Below are positions 58,815 through 64,000 of a DNA stretch of 64,000 bases, piece by piece. The notes under the pieces are model-generated. The model was given only the letters and a program-made list of their open reading frames with translations. It was not told the DNA's origin and searched no databases. Positions within the stretch are counted from its first letter, which is position 1, and the number at the start of each line of letters is the position of its first letter. This DNA is from Oscillospiraceae bacterium (GTDB lineage: Bacteria; Bacillota; Clostridia; Oscillospirales; Oscillospiraceae): assembly GCA_029012465.1 (NCBI GenBank), contig JAQXMD010000055.1, positions 262-64,261 on the forward strand, written 5' to 3'. The position numbers and the translations under genes were made by a program.

Positions 58815-60035
58815 TCAGCCGAATACAGAACCTGGCGTGACGATTTTTGCGTGATAGCCCGCGTCCTCCAGAGCGCGGATGATTGCGTTCCTGTGACTGT
58901 GACCGAAGGCCTCCAGCGTGACCTGAAGCTCCACCTCAGCCTGACGGTTGATGGAAACGAACTGGTTGTGATCCAGCTTGATGATGTTGCCCTGCTGCTC
59001 AGACACGATCCTTGCCACCTTCAGCAGCTCACCGGGCTGATCGGGAAGCAGCACGGAGAAGGTAAATACTCTGCCCCGGCGGATCAGACCGTGCTGAACC
59101 AGAGAGGACATGGTGATCACGTCCATGTTGCCGCCGCTGAGAATGGGAACCACACATTTTCCCTTGCAGTCGATGTGGTTCAGGGCGGCAATGGTCAGAA
59201 GGCCGGAATTTTCCACCACCATTTTGTGCTTTTCCATCATGTCCAGAAATGCGTCCACCAGCTCATCGTCGTCGATGGTGATGATCTCGTCGATATTCTC
59301 TTTCACATAGGGGAACACCTTGTCGCCTACGGTCTTGACGGCAACACCGTCCGCGATGGTGGATACAGTGGGCAGGGTGACAGGACTGCCGTTTTCAAGG
59401 GCAGCCTTCATGGAGGCTGCTCCCGTGGGTTCTACACCGATGACCTTCACGTTGGGGTTCAGAAGCTTGGTCAGGGTGCTGACGCCGGAGGCCAATCCGC
59501 CACCGCCGATGGGAACCAGAATGATGTCCACATCGGGCAGATCCTTGAAAATCTCATAGGCAATGGTGCCCTGACCGGTGGCAACGGTCAGATCGTTGAA
59601 GGGGTGGATATAGGTCAGGCCCTTTTCCTCACTGAGCCGGGCGGCCACGGCGGCGGATTCGTCGAAGCAGCTGCCCTCCATGACCACATTGGCGCCGTAA
59701 TCCTTGGTGTTGTTGACCTTCACCAGCGGGGTAGTGGTGGGCATGACGATGGTGGCCTCGATGCCGGCCCGCTGGGCGGCGAAGGCCACACCCTGAGCGT
59801 GGTTGCCGGCAGATGCGGTGACAAGACCACGGGATTTTTCCTCCTCGGTGAGGGTGGAAACCTTGAAGCAGGCACCGCGAACCTTGTAAGCGCCAGTGAC
59901 CTGCATATTCTCAGGCTTGATGTAGATCTCACCGCCGGTGATGCGGGAAAAGTAGGGACTGTATACCAGACTGGTATCGGAAAGAATTCCGGACAGCAGA
60001 TCACGGGCCTGCCGGAAATCGGATAATGTCATCAT
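58815..60035 (-). CDS. ilvA: threonine ammonia-lyase (threonine dehydratase)
   Basis: PLP lysine motif TGAYKVRGA, GGGGL loop and a C-terminal ACT-like domain. Confidence 0.9.
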   Translation of the reverse strand: MMTLSDFRQARDLLSGILSDTSLVYSPYFSRITGGEIYIKPENMQVTGAYKVRGACFKVSTLTEEEKSRGLVTASAGNHAQGVAFAAQRAGIEATIVMPTTTPLVKVNNTKDYGANVVMEGSCFDESAAVAARLSEEKGLTYIHPFNDLTVATGQGTIAYEIFKDLPDVDIILVPIGGGGLASGVSTLTKLLNPNVKVIGVEPTGAASMKAALENGSPVTLPTVSTIADGVAVKTVGDKVFPYVKENIDEIITIDDDELVDAFLDMMEKHKMVVENSGLLTIAALNHIDCKGKCVVPILSGGNMDVITMSSLVQHGLIRRGRVFTFSVLLPDQPGELLKVARIVSEQQGNIIKLDHNQFVSINRQAEVELQVTLEAFGHSHRNAIIRALEDAGYHAKIVTPGSVFG

Positions 60036-60086
60036 GATGAGATACCTTCTTTGTGATATATCCTCTGGGTGCCAGAGGTTCTTTTC

Positions 60087-60150
60087 AGTATAATATGAAT
60101 TTCAGAGCGTGTCAACTGCTCTTGACAGGAAATCCCGAATGCGGTACTAT
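60087..60150. promoter_or_regulatory. back-to-back divergent promoters of ilvA and telA
   Basis: Minus strand: TTGACA (60110-60115)-17-TATACT (60087-60092). Plus strand: TTGACA (60122-60127)-17-TACTAT (60145-60150). Confidence 0.6.
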
Positions 60151-60232
60151 AACTGCAAGAACGACAGCACCGCGGAAAAGCTCCGTGGTCACATGAACCG
60201 GAAGAATACCCTATAGAAAAGGAGCGAGAACT

Positions 60233-61375
60233 ATGGATGAGAAAATTCCCGAACTGACCCTGACCCCCGATCTCACTGATGCCCCGGAGCTGAATCTGGA
60301 GGTGAAGGAGGAGACCGCCCCCGCACCCGTTCAGAATCCTGGCCCCGATCTGTCCGGTCTGTCTGAAGGGGAGAAGAAGGCTGTCCTGGACTTTGCGAAA
60401 AAGATTGATCTCAGCGATTCCGGCGTGGTGCTGCAGTACGGCGCCGCCGCCCAGAAGAATATTGCTGATTTTTCCGAAAGCACCCTGAACGCTGTCCGCA
60501 CCAAGGATCTGGGCGAGCTGGGCGACATGATTACCGATCTGGTGGGCGAGCTGAAGGGCTTTGACGCGGAGGAGGAGCGCAAGGGCATCTTCGGGATGTT
60601 CCGCAAGGCCTCCACCAGCCTTCAGACCATGAAGTCCAAATATGAGAAGGCTGAGGTCAATGTGGACAAGATCGCCGAACAGCTGGAGCAGCATCGGCTG
60701 GTTCTGATGAAGGACGTGGCTCTGCTGGATCAGATGTACGCCAAGAATCTGGAGTATTTCAAGCAGCTGACCATGTATATTCTGGCGGGGGAACAGAAGC
60801 TCTATGAAGAGCGGAATACCACCCTGAAGGAAATGTATGAAAAAGCACGGATCAGCGGCCTTCCGGAGGATGCCCAGGCGGCAAACGACTATGCCGCCAT
60901 CTGCGAGCGCTTTGAGAAGAAGCTCTATGACCTGAAGCTGACCCGTCAGATCTCTCTGCAAATGGGCCCCCAGATCCGCATGATCCAGAACAACGACACC
61001 GTCATGACGGACAAGATTCAGACCTCTCTGGTGAACACCATTCCTCTGTGGAAGAGCCAGATGGTGCTGGCTCTGGGCATCAGCCACTCCAAGCAGGCCA
61101 TGGAGGCCCAGCGTGCTGTGAGCGATATGACCAACGCGCTTCTGAAGAAGAACGCCGACATGCTCAAGGTGGCTACCGTTGAGACAGCAAAGGAATCCGA
61201 GCGGGGCATCGTGGATATGGAGACCCTCCAGCACACCAACGAGAGCCTGATTTCCACCCTGGACGAGGTTATGACCATTCAGTCTGAGGGCCGCCAGAAG
61301 CGGGCCGAGGCAGAGGTGGAGCTCAAGCGTCTGGAGGGCGAGCTGAAGCAGAAGCTGCTGGAGATCCGGGTCTGA
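60233..61375 (+). CDS. telA: TelA/YaaN-family toxic anion resistance protein
   Basis: 380 aa, ...VLQYGAAAQKNIADFSESTL... pattern, all-helical. Confidence 0.8.
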   Translation: MDEKIPELTLTPDLTDAPELNLEVKEETAPAPVQNPGPDLSGLSEGEKKAVLDFAKKIDLSDSGVVLQYGAAAQKNIADFSESTLNAVRTKDLGELGDMITDLVGELKGFDAEEERKGIFGMFRKASTSLQTMKSKYEKAEVNVDKIAEQLEQHRLVLMKDVALLDQMYAKNLEYFKQLTMYILAGEQKLYEERNTTLKEMYEKARISGLPEDAQAANDYAAICERFEKKLYDLKLTRQISLQMGPQIRMIQNNDTVMTDKIQTSLVNTIPLWKSQMVLALGISHSKQAMEAQRAVSDMTNALLKKNADMLKVATVETAKESERGIVDMETLQHTNESLISTLDEVMTIQSEGRQKRAEAEVELKRLEGELKQKLLEIRV

Positions 61376-61396
61376 GATACTATTTATAATGTAAAT

Positions 61397-61427
61397 GCGC
61401 TGCCGCTCCCGGAAAGGGGGCGGCAGC
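61397..61427 (+). repeat. inner copy of the duplicated telA terminator hairpin (no T-run)
   Basis: GCGCTGCCGCTCCC-GGAAA-GGGGGCGGCAGC; near-identical direct copy at 61591-61622. Confidence 0.8.
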
Positions 61428-61428
61428 T

Positions 61429-61587
61429 CAGCGTGTCAAAAAGTATTTTTTGCCCCGCTGAGTGCGGATTTACGAACTACAAAAAGTTCGTAAATCCTAT
61501 TGATTGAACGCGAAGGGCGGGCCTTGCCCCCCTTCACTCTTCCCCCTGCTGCTCAATCATCCAACTCTCTACGAGGTTCTTTGACAG
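61429..61587 (+). repeat. 159-bp three-hairpin repeat element, copy B
   Basis: Reverse complement of 55049-55205; perfect core 61484-61555. Confidence 0.85.
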
Positions 61588-61590
61588 ACT

Positions 61591-61629
61591 GCGCTGCCAC
61601 TCCGGTGAAAGGGAGCGGCAGCTTTCTCT
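61591..61629 (+). terminator. outer copy of the duplicated hairpin, followed by a T-run
   Basis: GCGCTGCCACTCC-GGTGAAA-GGGAGCGGCAGC followed by TTTCTCT; abuts the stop of the convergent gene. Confidence 0.6.
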
Positions 61630-61924
61630 ATGGACTGAACTCCACCACCCGTTCGGCGGAATCGTCCTTCTGAATTCGGAGCGCGTAGAGAACGCCCGGT
61701 TCCAGAGGGCCAAACCAGAATCTGCCCTGCTCGGACGTGACGGTGTGGGCAATACGCTGACCGGATTCCTGCTCCAGAAGCAGCACCAGTGCGCCCTGCA
61801 CCGGCTGTCCTCCCGGCTCCAGCACGATACCGGAGATCAGCCCCTGATTCTCCGGAGGCAGAAAGACCCGCGGAGCGGTGGTTTCTCCGGCAAGGGGCTT
61901 TATGTAGCATTCAAAGCTGCGCAT
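61628..61924 (-). CDS. small protein with carboxypeptidase-regulatory-like (Ig-fold) domain
   Basis: 98 aa, SGIVLEPGGQPVQGALVLL...SEQGRFWFGPLEPGVLYALRI; AAGGAGG RBS. Confidence 0.6.
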   Translation of the reverse strand: MRSFECYIKPLAGETTAPRVFLPPENQGLISGIVLEPGGQPVQGALVLLLEQESGQRIAHTVTSEQGRFWFGPLEPGVLYALRIQKDDSAERVVEFSP

Positions 61925-61994
61925 GAGATACCTCCTTCGTCTTTTTGGACGGAAAAAACCTGTTCTATCCTATGCAAAAACGGGAAATGTGCTC

Positions 61995-62023
61995 TTGCGG
62001 CAAGGCAGGAACTGTGGTATCAT
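61995..62023 (+). promoter_or_regulatory. proS promoter
   Basis: TTGCGG-17-TATCAT with a TG extension. Confidence 0.55.
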
Positions 62024-62090
62024 ATCACATACGAGACAATTGGCGCAGGTGCGCCATTTCAATAGCGCAATACGCGAAAGGAAGATCATT

Positions 62091-63530
62091 ATGGCAAAAG
62101 ACAAGAAGCAGGTGAAAGCGATTACCTCCATGGAGGACGACTTTGCCCAGTGGTATACGGACATCTGTCTGAAAGCGGAGCTGGTGGAGTACTCCAGCGT
62201 CAAGGGATTTCTGATCGTTCGGCCCTATGGCTATGCCATCTGGGAGAACATGGTGAGCATTCTGGACGGAATGTTCAAAAAGACCGGACATGAGAATGTG
62301 GCAATGCCCATGCTGATGCCGGAGAGCCTCCTGAAAAAAGAGGGAGAGCTGGTAAACGGCTTTGCGCCTGAGGTGGCCTGGGTCACCATGGGCGGCTCCG
62401 ATGAGCTGGAGGAGCGGTTGGCTGTTCGCCCCACCTCTGAGACCCTGTTCTGCGATCACTGGGCCCATGTGCTCCAGAGCTATAAGCAGCTGCCCATGCT
62501 CTATAATCAGTGGTGCTCCGTTGTCCGGTGGGAAAAGACCACCCGCCCCTTCCTCCGTTCCAGAGAATTCTGGTGGCAGGAGGGCCATACCATCCATGAG
62601 ACCGCCGAGGAGGCCATTGCCGAGACCGAGCAGCAGCTGAACTGCTATGCGGATTTCTGCCGGGATGCTCTGGCTATGCCCGTCATCAAGGGCCGCAAGA
62701 CGGAGAAGGAAAAGTTTGCCGGCGCTGAGGCCACCTACACCATCGAGGCCATGATGGAGGACGGCAAGGCCCTTCAGTCCGGCACCAGCCACTACTTTGG
62801 CGATAAGTTCTCCAGAGCCTACGATGTGACCTTTGCTGGCCGGGACAATACCCTTCAGTACCCCCATCAGACCTCCTGGGGTGCATCCTCCCGGCTCATC
62901 TGCGCGGTCATTCTGACCCACTCCGACAACAACGGTCTGGTGCTGCCCCCTGCCATTGCGCCCATTCAGGTGGTGGTGATGCCCGTGGCTGCCCACAAGC
63001 CCGGCGTTACCGAGGCGGCTGAGGGCCTGCTGAAGCGGATTCAGGACATGGGCATCCGGGTCAAGGGCGATTTCACCGACAACAGCCCCGGCTGGAAGTA
63101 TGCCGAGTATGAAATGAAGGGCGTGCCCCTCCGTGTGGAGATCGGCCCCAGAGATATGGAGAAGAATCAGTGCCTGATTGCCCGCCGGGATACCGGTGAA
63201 AAGTACTTCGTACCTCTGGAAGAGCTGGAGACCAAAGTACAGTCCCTGCTGCAGGAGGTTCATGACAATCTGTATAACGCCGCCGCGGAGCGTCTGGCCA
63301 CCAGAGTCTATGCCTGCCAGACCGTTGATGAAATCCGTGAAGCTGCGCAGGAGAAGCACGGCTTTGCCAAGTCCATGTGGTGCGGCGACCAGGAATGCGA
63401 GCTGAAGCTCAAGGAGCTGGCTGGCGTATCCTCCCGGTGCATGCCCCTGGAGCAGGAAAAGCTGGGGGATGTGTGCCCTGTCTGCGGGAAGCCTGCAATG
63501 AAGAGCATTGTCTGGGGCATCGCGTACTGA
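62091..63530 (+). CDS. proS: proline--tRNA ligase (archaeal/eukaryote-like type)
   Basis: MAKDKKQVKAITSMEDDFAQWYTD...; C-terminal CPVCGKP...WGIAY. Start at the internal ATG 62091 after GAAAGGAAG. Confidence 0.95.
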   Translation: MAKDKKQVKAITSMEDDFAQWYTDICLKAELVEYSSVKGFLIVRPYGYAIWENMVSILDGMFKKTGHENVAMPMLMPESLLKKEGELVNGFAPEVAWVTMGGSDELEERLAVRPTSETLFCDHWAHVLQSYKQLPMLYNQWCSVVRWEKTTRPFLRSREFWWQEGHTIHETAEEAIAETEQQLNCYADFCRDALAMPVIKGRKTEKEKFAGAEATYTIEAMMEDGKALQSGTSHYFGDKFSRAYDVTFAGRDNTLQYPHQTSWGASSRLICAVILTHSDNNGLVLPPAIAPIQVVVMPVAAHKPGVTEAAEGLLKRIQDMGIRVKGDFTDNSPGWKYAEYEMKGVPLRVEIGPRDMEKNQCLIARRDTGEKYFVPLEELETKVQSLLQEVHDNLYNAAAERLATRVYACQTVDEIREAAQEKHGFAKSMWCGDQECELKLKELAGVSSRCMPLEQEKLGDVCPVCGKPAMKSIVWGIAY

Positions 63531-63534
63531 TCCC

Positions 63535-64000
63535 ATGGGCAAGAAAAACAACCCTCCGGAAATCCGGATTCCGGTGCATGGCGTGGATTTTGACGTGTTT
63601 GCCAGTGTGAAGCGTCCCATGTACCTGCGATTCTTCGGAGCAATCGTTCTGGCAATGGCCATCTGGATGGCTGTGACCGGCAAGCTGAAGCTGTCCTCGC
63701 TGATTTTTGTTGCTGTGGTGGCGCTGCTGATGGGCGTTCTCATCAGAAGCACCATGAAGGGCGAATACAGAAAGTCGGGAATCGGCTCCATGGAGCTGAC
63801 CTACAGCTTTACGGAAAAGGGCTGGAGCGTCAGAAGGGGAGAGAAGACTGCTTCTGTAAAATGGGCGGATACATTCCTGCTGAAGCGCAATGCGCTGGCG
63901 CTGCTGCTCTATCCAAATAAGAAAAGCGTCAATGTGGTGCCCATCCGGGGAATCCCGGAAAATCAGGTGGAACAGATTTTGAAGTGGTACGGCAAAAACG
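63535..64000 (+). CDS. hypothetical 2-TM protein (YcxB-like?), runs off the window end
   Basis: Hand translation MGKKNNPPEIRIPVHGVDFDVF...LRFFGAIVLAMAIWMAVTGKLKLSSLIFVAVVALLMGVLI... stays open to 64000; absent from the ORF track because it is edge-truncated. Confidence 0.5.
   Translation, partial: MGKKNNPPEIRIPVHGVDFDVFASVKRPMYLRFFGAIVLAMAIWMAVTGKLKLSSLIFVAVVALLMGVLIRSTMKGEYRKSGIGSMELTYSFTEKGWSVRRGEKTASVKWADTFLLKRNALALLLYPNKKSVNVVPIRGIPENQVEQILKWYGKN

Overview
64 kb of a roughly 57-58% GC Gram-positive chromosome. Gene content, SLH domains, AAGGAGG-type ribosome-binding sites (RBS) and TTGACA-17-TATAAT promoters suggest Clostridia, possibly Oscillospiraceae or Ruminococcaceae; that assignment is inference only. 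Most of the window is core metabolism and housekeeping. It holds a complete 8-gene shikimate/phenylalanine operon (aroF-aroB-aroA-aroC-pheA-aroK-aroQ-aroE, minus strand). It also holds lepA-hemW, the rpmG-secE-nusG-rplK-rplA-rplJ-rplL cluster, rplM-rpsI, gdhA, potABCD, rpe, ilvA, telA and proS. Accessory content includes a MacB/FtsX-type ABC pair, a GntR-ABC module and several lipoproteins. No rRNA, tRNA, CRISPR array, integrase or transposase was seen. The observations most worth a second look are these. (1) A Phe/Tyr-rich 24-codon leader ORF plus an intrinsic terminator sits upstream of the aro/pheA operon. (2) A 7-kb cluster without pspA encodes an SPFH protein with four Zn-ribbons, a DUF4428 protein, duplicated lipoproteins, a Zn-ribbon membrane protein and a double-TPM protein. 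It resembles B. subtilis YdjGHI. (3) A ~157-bp three-hairpin repeat occurs twice, each time between two copies of the local terminator hairpin and in the same orientation relative to the upstream gene. The two copies form a 72-bp perfect inverted repeat bracketing 6.3 kb. (4) A strongly promoted, codon-optimised 612-aa protein carries a (GGP)9 tract and no signal peptide. (5) A ~170-nt structured RNA candidate lies near 37.7 kb. (6) Candidate leaders lie upstream of gdhA (Shine-Dalgarno, SD, sequestering helix) and potA (terminator hairpin). Many long ORFs in the track are antisense artefacts of GC-rich coding DNA and were rejected. All family assignments come from motif recognition by eye; no searches were run.
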